A DNA stretch of 63,290 nucleotides, counting the filler, from Octopus bimaculoides (Eukaryota), in NCBI RefSeq assembly GCF_001194135.2. It is 7 parts of 7 records of this genome, joined end to end, with 100 filler letters (N's around TTAATTAATTAA, not from the genome) between each part and the next. Parts side by side here need not be neighbours in the genome. Positions count along the whole stretch, not along the records: positions 1 to 19,544 come from NW_026365610.1; 6 more parts are not named here. One strand, 5' to 3'. Under the pieces are notes generated by a model that searched no databases, was not told the origin of the DNA, and was given only the letters and a program-made list of their open reading frames with translations. A program made the translations under genes and the position numbers. This document shows, one piece after another, positions 1 to 11,340 of the stretch; the first letter of the stretch is position 1; each line of letters starts with the position of its first letter.

Positions 1-242
1 TATATATATATATACATATATATACGTATATATACATATATATACATATAAAAAAAAATATTTCAATACAAATGTATTAATACAAATGTATCAATCTCCA
101 GCAAATATCGGTACCTTGTTGTACCATTCTTATGAATATATATACATATATACATATATATACATACATATGTATGGGAGAATTTACGAAAAAAACAACA
201 GACGAGGACAGGTGGTGTAAACAACAAAAGGATGTATTAGTT

Positions 243-290
<48 letters not shown>

Positions 291-419
291 TTATATATAT
301 ACATATACATATACATATATACACACACACATATGCATAGAGACAGTGAGAGAATGAAAAATGAACGTGTTAATTGCATGGTTTTGGCAAGACCCAAAAC
401 AAGTCACATGCGCAACTTG

Positions 420-1460
420 TCTACATTCATTCATGCTGCTAGAAGTAGCAGCCAGCTAAGGCTGTTCATCAACAAGAAACACACATGAAATTGTATAGTC
501 CTAGATGCACAACCGTCTGAATAAAAAATGAGATGGTAACAGCTGGGAGATCTTGAGGCCTACCAGATCAAAACTGGCCGGGTGGTGGGGTTAAACAATA
601 ATAACAAGGAAACAAACATCAAATTATGCAGTGCTTGATGAATTAAAGAGGAGATGTCTTTGATTGTATATCTACTAGATCAAGAGTGACCTGGTGTTAA
701 AGAGCAACAAGGAAAGACACACGTTAGAAAATGTAGTCCTAGATACACTTAGTCTAAATGAAAGAGACGGTTATGGTTGGGTATCATTGATCATAAAAAT
801 GCTGGATCAGCATTGACCTGGGGTTAAATGACAACAAAGAAGGACACATTTGATAATGTAGTCCAAGATGTACTTTGATAGAATGAAAGACAGGATGATC
901 ACAACTGGAACATCTTTAATCATGTGTCTGCTGGATTACGACTGACCAGGGGTTCAACAAATAACAATGGTAGGGAAGAACACATTAGATAATGTAGTCC
1001 TAGCTACACTATGCCCGAATGGAAGGAGGGATGGTTACAGCTTCAACACCTTTTGTCATAAATCTTCTGGATTAATACAGATTAATACAACAAAGATCGA
1101 CACATAAGATAATGTAGTCCATGATACACTGTGCAAATAGATAAAAAGATGGTCACAGATGGAACGTCTTTGATCATTTATCTGCTGCATTGAAACTGAC
1201 TTGAAGCTGGACAACAACAAAGAAGGACACATTAGATAATGTAGTCCTAGAAAGACTTATGTCTGAATAAAAGAAAGGATGCAAACAAATGGAAAATTTT
1301 TGATCATAGGTCTGCTGGGTCGAGGCTGACCTGGGGTTAAATAGTAGCAATGATGATGTAGTCCTAGATACACTATGCTGTAACTGACAAAACACAATGC
1401 TAATAGCTAGAACACATTTCATCATAAGGTCTGCAGTCTCAGGACTGACCATGGGCTAAA
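420..1460 (+). repeat. Degenerate tandem array, about 8 units of 110-135 bp, of a SINE-like 3' module
   Basis: Recurring ATAATGTAGTCCTAGATACAC...GATGG...GAAC-TCTTTGATCAT...TCTGCTGG...TGACC-GGGGTTAAACAACAA near 492, 622, 727, 851, 987, 1106, 1233 and 1352. Solo copies lie near 43920 and 59945. Confidence 0.8.
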
Positions 1461-2439
1461 CAACCTCTACAACAAACGCAGTAGCAGCAGCAGTAGTAGC
1501 AACAGCAGCAGCAGTAGTAGCAACAGCAGCAGCAACAGCACTAATTTAACAACAGCACACATGCACATGAAACGTGTCTAATCTAGAATCATCTACGTCT
1601 GTTAGCAAGAAGCTAAAATGTAAATGTGATGTTACTATAAGGGAGGTGGCAATCACCATGGATGAGAACAAAGAAGCAGGCAGGGATAATAGGTGTGAAA
1701 GGAGAGGGGGAGTCGGGGGTTGGGGGGTCAGTTCTATAAGTCTATGGAAGTGAGGTACATCAGACCAGGCTACCTGGGTAGATGATGTTAATGTTTCCAA
1801 ACTTCGGAAGAAATAAAGAAAATGAAAAAAAAAAAAAAAAGAAAACGAAAAACAAGCTGAGAAAACCCCAAAAAACAAACATACAAAAATAAACAATTAA
1901 AAAGTAAAAAAAAAAAAATGCAAATGACATCCTGTAATGGCTTTACCTTGAATGTGAATTTGTGAATTAAATCGTGCTGGAATTAAAGAACAATCATTGG
2001 CACTTTGGTCTCTAGATTATATTGTAGGGAGGAGGGTATAGGTATGTGTGTGTGTGTGTGCTGTAATGAAACATTCACTAATACCATTATTAAAGGATAG
2101 GGAGCACCTGACAACATTCTAGGTGCCAGGTGCCCTGTCTCAGTTTTTGCTTCACCCAGGATTGTGGCTCTGTCAAGGAGATGAGCTGAAGAAATACATG
2201 CTTCATAAACAATATATATAACATGCTTAAACCACCATGCAAAGGGTGCTGACAACAAATAGACTGCTTGACCTGTGGAACACTTATTTCCGCAAGGAAA
2301 TGATAGGTGCTCTAATCTGATCTGGCACTAGCTGTGGCAAGGCACAACAAGCAAGTGGTAAACAATAGTGGAGGTGATGTCAGCATTTTCCACCTCTGCT
2401 CACCCTTTCTGGGACAGCTTCCTCTTAGTCCATTTCTAA

Positions 2440-3640
2440 GGAAGACTGGCCACCCTGTAGTCTTTGATAAGGTGTCACAGACTGAGTTTGAATGTGACAA
2501 CAGTACTAGGGGTGTGATATCTTCATGGATGTACAATGGCAACTCCTCCATGTGTTCTATCTCTTCTGTCTGTTCGAAGTACAGCATACTCTCGTATATG
2601 TATTTCTGCATCTGCTATATTAGATATGTTTCTGTAAGTGCCATGAATATTGCTTCATTGCATGCAGCAAGGTGTTTCAGGTAGTGAAATTTGTCTCTGC
2701 TATCCATTCACAATAGGCCCCCAATATTCAGTAAGAATATAGGTGTGATATCTGTGCAGGAGTTACTGGTGTTAGTGGTGGCCGTCCTGGATCCATCATC
2801 TGTGGTGGTCTTGGCTATTGGTTTGTATGGCTTTGATTCTGCATCCTTTGTAGCTACATTAGTTGCCGCAATATTTTCTGGGCTATGCTTAAAAAAGCTT
2901 GTTGCTTAGTATCTGCTGTTTGCACAACCTCTGCATATTGCCTTTTCTGGGGAACAGAGGGTATGTGTGAACTCCTTTCTTTGTGAGACCTGTTGGTTCT
3001 TGTTGGGGGATTATGGGTTCGTAGATCTGAGTCTTTCTTTTTGTTTCCCCCTTCTGCATTCCTATTTGTTTTGTCATGGATAGTTATTCTGCTTGTTAAT
3101 TTGGTGGTGTTTGGGATGGGCAAATTTGCAATTTCCTCCCTTTTCTCCATGCCATCGGGTGCCATTCATGTAAAATTTACAGATAATCTGTACAGGTTCA
3201 TGCTTGGGTTTTGGACTTGTTAATGTTCACATTTTTCCTGGCTGCTTTGTCTATTTTCCTGTCTCTGTCTTTTAGTGTGACACTGTTTTGGTTGTATTTA
3301 CTACAGCCATTGCAGCTTTCAGCACTGTTTGTAGTACTGGTGGGATTTACCTTCTTTGTGTCATCCGTTTGGTCTTCCTGGGTTTGAGTAGAGCACACAT
3401 GGTTTTCATTGACATCTTTCCAGCCTATTTCCTTCATAATACCCTCTAGGAGGTCAAGATGTGGCTTTATAAGATCATAGTAGTGTAAGAACTGCAGTTT
3501 CTTCAGCTCAGTCTGGGCCATAGGCCTTTAGAAATTATATCTATCCAGGGTTTCTGCTATTAGGACATTTGCTGGTGATCCATCGGCCAAGCTCCAAGCT
3601 TGTACAAAAAGATGAATTTCTCCAAAATGCTAGTTTCGAC
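2440..3640 (-). mobile_element. 5' fragment of a CR1/Jockey-group LINE (ORF1 remnant plus start of APE endonuclease), frameshifted
   Basis: Minus strand reads ICKFYMNGTRWHGEKGGNCKFAHPK (CCCH-like finger, ~3111-3185), then FLLNIGGL, FMALTETYL and DAEIHIREYAVLRTDRRDRTHGGVA (~2540-2740), typical of an APE domain. The clade assignment is inference. Confidence 0.8.
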
Positions 3641-5031
3641 ACATCTTTTATATATATATGTATATATATATATATATATAAAGCAAAATAGAGGTTATGT
3701 AACCATCTAAGGGATAGATGTATCCGTAGGCACTCCTAGTCTATTACCTCAGTATGTATAGTCCTCGTTATAAGGTATACGGAAGTAGGTAATTTAAAGG
3801 TAAAACTGTAGTTTAATATATATAGAAAAAAGAAATAAAGCAATAATTAACAATGAGAAGTGGATCATTGGTGTTTAAAGGTCATTGTTTAATTCAATTT
3901 GGAACCATTTACAGCTGTTTCTGTTAATTATTGCTCCATTTCTTATCTTCTCTCTTTCTCTATATATATGTGTGTGTGTATATATGTATGTATGATGATT
4001 GATGATGATATATATATATATATATATATATANNNNNNNNNNNNNNNNNNNNNNNNNNNNNNNNNNNNNNNNNNNNNNNNNNNNNNNNNNNNNNNNNNNN
4101 NNNNNNNNNNNNNNNNNNNNNNNNNNNNNNNNNNNNNNNNNNNNNNNNNNNNNNNNNNNNNNNNNNNNNNNNNNNNNNNNNNNNNNNNNNNNNNNNNNNN
4201 NNNNNNNNNNNNNNNNNNNNNNNNNNNNNNNNNNNNNNNNNNNNNNNNNNNNNNNNNNNNNNNNNNNNNNNNNNNNNNNNNNNNNNNNNNNNNNNNNNNN
4301 NNNNNNNNNNNNNNNNNNNNNNNNNNNNNNNNNNNNNNNNNNNNNNNNNNNNNNNNNNNNNNNNNNNNNNNNNNNNNNNNNNNNNNNNNNNNNNNNNNNN
4401 NNNNNNNNNNNNNNNNNNNNNNNNNNNNNNNNNNNNNNNNNNNNNNNNNNNNNNNNNNNNNNNNNNNNNNNNNNNNNNNNNNNNNNNNNNNNNNNNNNNN
4501 NNNNNNNNNNNNNNNNNNNNNNNNNNNNNNNNNNNNNNNNNNNNNNNNNNNNNNNNNNNNNNNNNNNNNNNNNNNNNNNNNNNNNNNNNNNNNNNNNNNN
4601 NNNNNNNNNNNNNNNNNNNNNNNNNNNNNNNNNNNNNNNNNNNNNNNNNNNNNNNNNNNNNNNNNNNNNNNNNNNNNNNNNNNNNNNNNNNNNNNNNNNN
4701 NNNNNNNNNNNNNNNNNNNNNNNNNNNNNNNNNNNNNNNNNNNNNNNNNNNNNNNNNNNNNNNNNNNNNNNNNNNNNNNNNNNNNNNNNNNNNNNNNNNN
4801 NNNNNNNNNNNNNNNNNNNNNNNNNNNNNNNNNNNNNNNNNNNNNNNNNNNNNNNNNNNNNNNNNNNNNNNNNNNNNNNNNNNNNNNNNNNNNNNNNNNN
4901 NNNNNNNNNNNNNNNNNNNNNNNNNNNNNNNNNNNNNNNNNNNNNNNNNNNNNNNNNNNNNNNNNNNNNNNNNNNNNNNNNNNNNNNNNNNNNNNNNNNN
5001 NNNNNNNNNNNNNNNNNNNNNNNNNNNNNNN

Positions 5032-5077
<46 letters not shown>

Positions 5078-5111
5078 ATAATAGTAATAAAAATGACAAC
5101 AGAATGAGACG

Positions 5112-5185
5112 TCGATATGCCCGTGGCATAGTGGTTAAGAGCACGGGCTACTAACCCCAAGATTCCAAGTTCGATTCCAAGTAGT
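5112..5185 (+). mobile_element. tRNA-derived SINE head
   Basis: A-box-like TGGCATAGTGGTTAAG and B-box-like GTTCGATTCC. No intact acceptor stem. Confidence 0.6.
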
Positions 5186-5189
5186 GATC

Positions 5190-5640
5190 TGTATCATCAT
5201 CATCATCATCATCGTTTAACATCTGCTTTCCATGCTGGCATGGGTTGGACGGTTTTACTGGGGACTGGTGAGCTAGATGGTTACACCAGGCTCCAAGCCG
5301 ATCTGACAGAGTTTCTACAGCTCTTTCTAACGCCAACCACTCCGAGAGTGTAGTGTCTTGTATGTGCCACCGGCATGAGGGCCAGTCAGGTGGTACTGGC
5401 AACAGCCACGCTGAAATGGTGTTTTTACTTGTCACCTGCACAGGAGCCAGTACAGCGGCACTGGCAACGTCATCGCTCGAATTTTGTTTTCCATGTACCA
5501 CCGGCACAAGTGCCAGTATGGCGACACCAGTAATGATCACACCTGAATGGTGCTTTTTACGTGCCACCAGCATGGGGGCAAGTCAGCGGCCCTGGCAATG
5601 ATCACGCTCGGTTGGTGCTCTTAACGCTCCACTAGCACGG
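5190..5640 (-). mobile_element. RTE LINE 3' UTR fragment with (GAT)n tail
   Basis: (CAT)n followed by CGTTTAACATCTGCTTTCCATGCTGGCATGGGTTGGAC, similar to the 3' ends of the RTE copies at 14750 and 18044. Confidence 0.8.
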
Positions 5641-5659
5641 ATAACAGTGTGATGGAGGG

Positions 5660-5987
5660 TAGTGACGAAGTAGAGAAAGAAAGTGTGTCTATATTTAGAG
5701 AGATTGAGCTGCTGAGAGAAGAGAGGAAGAGAGAGAGAGAGAATGTCCGTGTCTATATATTTAGGAAGATTGAGAGGCTGAGAGAAGAAAAGACGGTATG
5801 ACAGAGTGAAGTGAAAAGAGAGAAAGAGGCGTGATGGAGAGAAGTGAAGAGAGAGAGGGGGTATGTATTTATAATAGAGGTTGAGTGTTTGAGAAAAGAA
5901 AGACTGTGTTAGAGAGAAGAGAAAGATTGTGTCAATATATATATATACACACACACACACAAAAGACATGCATATATATACGTGCAT

Positions 5988-6020
<33 letters not shown>

Positions 6021-6290
6021 CTATATTTAGGGAGTTTGAGGAGCTGAGAGAAGGATGGTGCGATGGAGAAAAGATAAAGAGAAAGAGAGATTGTGTGTCT
6101 ACGTATTTATAGAGAGGAAATAGAGAGAAAAAAAAGAGAGAACAGTAGAAGAGAGATTAAGGGTCTGAGAGAAGAATTATGGGATGATGGAGTAAAGAGA
6201 TAGAGAGAGAGTGTGTCTACATATTTAGAGAGAAGCAATAGAGAAAGAGGAAAAGACGGTATGATGGAGAAGAGAGCGAGAGAGAGAAGT
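5660..6290 (+). repeat. Purine-rich degenerate minisatellite
   Basis: Motif GTGTCTATATTTAGAGAG...GCTGAGAGAAG...GATGGAGA recurs about 6-7 times among GA runs. Confidence 0.6.
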
Positions 6291-6777
6291 TATGCAAACT
6301 CTTGAAAAGGATTCGACTTGGATAGGGAAAAAAATAAATAAAGGAACAAACAATTATATACCTATCTGTAACTACAGAAATTCTCTTAAATCAGGAGTAA
6401 TGAAAGTTAAACCTCTCTACAATAATCAATAATCTCGTAAGTCAAAAGCAAAACATAAAAGACCTTATGTAAATTTAACCTTCTACTTTCACCTAATAAT
6501 AAGCCTTCAATAAACGACAGAAAAAAGAACAGAAAGATACTTATCTAGTTTTTCCAAAGAGAGATGGGTATTTCCAAGGCAATGGAAGATTTTAAACGTC
6601 TTTTCAAGTTATGATGATACCATGTGCTGCTCAATAGGAGACATTGTTTACGTTTCGTATGTTCGTAAGGGCTTTTACTTCTTCTGGTTTTCCCTTCTAT
6701 ATGTATATTCCAGATGTTTTTTTTTGTAAATTTGTCTCGTTACGTTTTCACTCAAAAGTTATTCAGAGAGTGATTTT

Positions 6778-6968
6778 GGTAAATTTTCAGATTAACACCC
6801 ACACAATTTTCACTAGGGTGTTAGGGTTAGGGTTTAGGGTTACGGTTAGGGTGTTAGGGTTAGGGAATTCCGTCCCTAACTGTAACCGTAACCCTAAAAC
6901 CCTGACCCTAAAACCCTAACCCTAACACCCTAGTGAAAATCGTGCGGGTGTTAATCTGAAAATTTACC
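6778..6968. repeat. 191-bp near-perfect palindrome with (TTAGGG)n facing (CCCTAA)n inside unique inverted flanks
   Basis: Left arm GGTAAATTTTCAGATTAACACCCACACAATTTTCACTAGGGTGTTAGGGTTAGGG is the reverse complement of the right arm ending at 6968, with 2 mismatches over the outer 55 nt. Confidence 0.9.
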
Positions 6969-8613
6969 GTGATTTTTTTCTTTTTTTTTTCCAATCGAAA
7001 ATCGCAGTTATTTTAGAAATTTCGTAAAATCCACGTGTTGTTATTTGCGATGTTTATAATTCATACATTCGCAAAAGAAAGATTCTTCCTGCTTAATATA
7101 TTTCACAAGTGTATTCTTCGTCATTCAGGAAGACATTCAAAGCTTTCTTGGGTTTTGTTTATAATAGAATTCGCAGCTTTTCAGAAATTTCTTGTATATA
7201 CGTATATGTTTATATATATGTATATATATATATATACGTATATACATATGTTTATATAAATATGGGATTTTTACCCTTTGAACGGCACTTCGAGAAATTA
7301 ATTTTTTGTAACTAAACACTTTCAAACTTCGGACACTGGTAGAATGCGTCATATAAAACATCTTTTACTCTTAGTGCTGTTGAGAAAAGTTTGTATTTTC
7401 AAAGTTATTTCGTGTTAAAGTTGTCATATTTCGATATATGTATGTATATGTATATATACATACATATACATACATGTTAAAGTTGTCGTATTTCAGTATA
7501 TGTATGTATATCTATATCTATATAGCCGAGTTTGTGTGTGTGTGTGTTGCATCTATAGAAATCCACATTTTCCACTTTTTCGTAAAATGTTTTACATCAA
7601 TGGAATTTTCTCGATGTAAAATTTCCAGTGCAGTAATTAGATTTTTAAAATTCCGTTTACTTTGTGTGATTTAAGGGAGATTTGGCTGTTGTTTCTAGCA
7701 ACTTTTATATTTCTTCCCTTCTACCTGGAATGGCGTTCTTACACACGCGCTCAACATATAATATAGAGAGTAAGAGTAAAAGAGGGAGAGAGAGAGAGAG
7801 AGAGAGAGAAAGTGATACATACAAAGTCATAGATTAAACTTTCCTCTCAGTATTCTTTACCTATTTTTCATAACATCGATACATAAAAACACACACAACC
7901 ACACATACTTTATCTGTGACAACAACATACACATTGCTCCCGTTCGCTATTCCTTTTTCCTCCTCTTCCTCTCTCACTCTCTCAAACGCATACACGTGCA
8001 AGTAAACACAATCATTCACAAAAATATAACTCATGTTCGTCAATGTGGCATAACTAGTTGTAGCCCCAGACTTTGGAAGGTCATAACTTTCAGAAAAATG
8101 AATATTTTTTAATGAAATTTTCTTTGCATATATTATTTATTATGTAGATTCCGAATATACAAAAATTTTCAGTGAAAGTGTTTTGGGAGGGGGTGGGGGA
8201 CAATTTTTGGAAATTCCACTTAAATTCCTCTTAACATCCAGGAAAATGAATATTTTTTCGTGAAATTTTCTACAAATATACCTTGATGTATGTACATTTC
8301 GAGCATGTAGAAATTTTGAAGGAAGCAACTGCAGGTTATTTTTGAGAAGTGTTCCCCACTTAGTGGTGTTTCGGAGCAAGTTGTCCATATTTGTTTCATT
8401 TTTCTCTATTATGTGCGTATGTGCATCCGTAGATTTCTAATGAAGTAATAGACAGTGAAGAGAAGCCGTCATAAGAAAACTTTTAACTACCTCTATTCCT
8501 TTCTACCACTCTCTCTACCTCTTCCTCTCTCGCTTGCTCAAATGCATACATGTGCAAGTACACAATCATTCAGTAAAATATAACTCATGTTCGTCAATGT
8601 TTTGTAAATATAC

Positions 8614-8740
8614 CACGATTTTCACTAGGGTGTTAGGGTTAGGGTTTTAGGGTCAGGGTTAGGGGGTTAGTGTTAGGGTTTTAGGGTTAGGATTAGGTTT
8701 GGGGTTGGGTAATCGTGTGGGTGTTAATCTGAAAAATTAC
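8614..8740 (+). repeat. Second copy of the telomeric-repeat element, G-rich strand only
   Basis: Starts with the reverse complement of the 6778-6968 right arm, including variant units TTTTAGGG and TCAGGG. Ends with the same flank AATCGTG-GGGTGTTAATCTGAAAA-TTAC. Confidence 0.85.
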
Positions 8741-9224
8741 AGATATGTGAAAAGTACTGACCCTGCCATCTATTATAACTTTTGTTGTTCTGTTTAATAT
8801 ATATATAGATTATGCCTCCAAANNNNNNNNNNNNNNNNNNNNNNNNNNNNNNNNNNNNNNNNNNNNNNNNNNNNNNNNNNNNNNNNNNNNNNNNNNNNNN
8901 NNNNNNNNNNNNNNNNNNNNNNNNNNNNNNNNNNNNNNNNNNNNNNNNNNNNNNNNNNNNNNNNNNNNNNNNNNNNNNNNNNNNNNNNNNNNNNNNNNNN
9001 NNNNNNNNNNNNNNNNNNNNNNNNNNNNNNNNNNNNNNNNNNNNNNNNNNNNNNNNNNNNNNNNNNNNNNNNNNNNNNNNNNNNNNNNNNNNNNNNNNNN
9101 NNNNNNNNCATCATAAGGGTTCTTTCGTTGTAAGGCTTTCTTTTTTAGTTGATTTTCAGCTAGCAAGACTTATCGTAGATGGCGTAATAAGTCACACCCG
9201 GACAAGGTCAGGTTATACTGCCAG

Positions 9225-9261
<37 letters not shown>

Positions 9262-9342
9262 AAACATACATATATATATCTATATATGTATAAACATACA
9301 TATATATATCTATATATGAGTGTATATGTGTGTGTGTATAGG

Positions 9343-9730
9343 TATTCTTTTTATTCTTTTATTCTTTTAATTGTTTCAGTCATTTAACTGCAGGCATGCT
9401 GGAACACCACCCTTACTCGAACAGATTGACTCCAGGACTTACCTTTGTAAGCCAAGTACTAATTCTATCGGTCTCTTTTGCCGAACTGCTAAATTACGGG
9501 GACATAAACACATAACCATTGGTTGTCAAGCGATGGTGGGGCACAAACACAGGCACATAAACATATACATATATCTACTATGAGCTTCTTTCAGTTTCCT
9601 TCTACCAAATCCACCCACAAGGCTTTGGTCGGCCTGATACTATAGCAGAAGGCACTTGTGCAAGGTGCCACACTGCGGGACTGAACCTGAAACCATGTGG
9701 TTGGGAAGCAAGCTTCTTACCACACAGCCA

Positions 9731-9731
<1 letters not shown>
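9343..9731 (-). mobile_element. Abundant tRNA-derived SINE (family A)
   Basis: Reverse complement of GTGGCTGTGTGGTAAGAAGCTTGCTTCCCAACCACATGG...GAAACTGAAAGAAGC, then a microsatellite, then ...GACTGAAACAA. Shared with the copies at 17571, 22395 and 52365. Confidence 0.85.
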
Positions 9732-9783
<52 letters not shown>

Positions 9784-9904
9784 TTATAGTTTTTAAATTA
9801 TATCTCTTCATTCATTTTTACCTTAATAAATATGCTTTCTTCATCAAGGTGATACGTGACCTTGTTTCCCTGTAATATCTCTATTTGCACCTAGATGTCC
9901 CTCA

Positions 9905-11340
9905 TGATGAATTTATATTGTGCTGCAAATAGAATTATGAACCATCATTGTATATTGACTATAGAAAATAGTCTAGTATGAGGGAATGAAATCCCCCATA
10001 ACAGAAGAAAACTGAAATTAGTATGCATAATGTAGCACCCACACTTATTTTCCCAATAAGTGCACTAACTGATTACACCTACATATCAACCCTTTTTTCT
10101 GTTAAATTTCAAAACATGGTTTCATAGTGGTAGTTATGTAAATATGTGTGAATTTTGTGTTAATTTAGAAAAGGCAATGAGTGAAATTTGCTCTGAGAGG
10201 ACAGACTTGATTTTTCCCAACAAGTAACGAAATTGTAATATCAAGACTTAGTCAATGAGGCCGTGTCAAGGGTGGCATGCAACCTCATTTCCCATTAAAA
10301 TAGGTTGCTATGACTTTCCATTTAGATCAGTGTCCTGTTTTCTGCAGAAGATAGGTCTGGAACTCATACAACTGAAGAAAACCATCAAGGAAATCGGCAT
10401 GCCAGCTGAAATTAGCTTAACCCTTTAGCATTTAGACCAGCCATATCCAACCAAAATATTCTACTTGCTTTATGTTCAAACTGGCCAGATCTAGCCTCTC
10501 ACACTTGTCATACAATGTAATTCTTAAACTAAACAATCACATCATTGAAATCTCAAAGCTACAAGATAATGCATGATTAATTCAAAACAATGTGAATAAA
10601 TAAGCATTACATCTGACAGTGTAATCTGAATGCTAAAGGATTAAGCTGGCTATGGTTAAGAGACTGCAAGTGGAATGTTTCCATTGGTGAAGACTAGTTC
10701 CATCCTTTCAGCCCACTCAGGCAAAGTATAGAGCCTAAAGAGAAAAATGCTCGTGTGTGTGAGATACCTGCTGACAATATGGAAGGGTTTCCAGCTTTGC
10801 AATGTTTAAGAAGAGTTTTTGCAAAACTCCTGAATAGCTTCTTCACTTTCTGCATGAGGTGAAGCATCTCTGATGTCTATTTCACCTACGAGTCTTTAAT
10901 GTATGATGGTGTATAAGTCCCTGTAATGGAAAAAAATGGGCATTAGTATGTGTGAGAATTGCATATACAGTGTGTCTCCTAATACTAGACTAATTTTCTA
11001 TAGTTAATATGGTGAAGGATTGTAGTTCTATTTATTGAATTTCAGTTGCTGCCATTTCTAATTCACACAGAATTTGCACATGTTTACATATTTACTTCTG
11101 TGAAATCATAGTTCCTAAATTTAACTGAAAAAAAAAAACAAAAAAAACAAAAAAAAAACGGTGATTATGTTGATGTAATCAGCCAGCACACTTATTGCAA
11201 AAATAAGGTGTGGGTTTGATTCCTGTGCTCATTTTTCCCACTAATATTAGATTATTTTTTATAGTCAATATATGGTGATGGCACATAATTCTATTTACAA
11301 TATTTCATTTGTTGCTGCTTCTTAATTTATGCCGAATACG
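9905..11340. mobile_element. Unclassified element with about 290-bp diverged inverted arms
   Basis: 9905-10190 is the reverse complement of 11040-11340 in three collinear blocks, for example CACACTTATTTTCCCAATAAGTG versus CACTTATTGCAAAAATAAGGTGTG. Confidence 0.6.
10421..10640. mobile_element. piggyBac-type MITE
   Basis: TIRs CCCTTTAGCATT and AATGCTAAAGGA, with TTAA target-site duplication at 10417-10420 and 10641-10644. Confidence 0.85.

Noticed and set aside
420-1460. CRISPR-like regular spacing
   Set aside because: Whole units are homologous and degenerate, with no unique spacers or cas genes, in a eukaryotic context.
5112-5185. tRNA gene (also 37615-37690, 40767-40840 and the SINE A heads)
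   Set aside because: A and B boxes are present but no complete cloverleaf, and each continues into or matches SINE bodies.
6778-6968. Ancestral telomere-telomere chromosome fusion site
   Set aside because: The non-telomeric flanks are themselves inverted copies and recur at 8614-8740, which fits a repeat family better than a one-off fusion.
9800-9900. Minus-strand frame GNKVTYHLDEESIFIK ending in a good donor
   Set aside because: No credible polypyrimidine acceptor, it abuts a repeat arm, and there is no recognisable homology.
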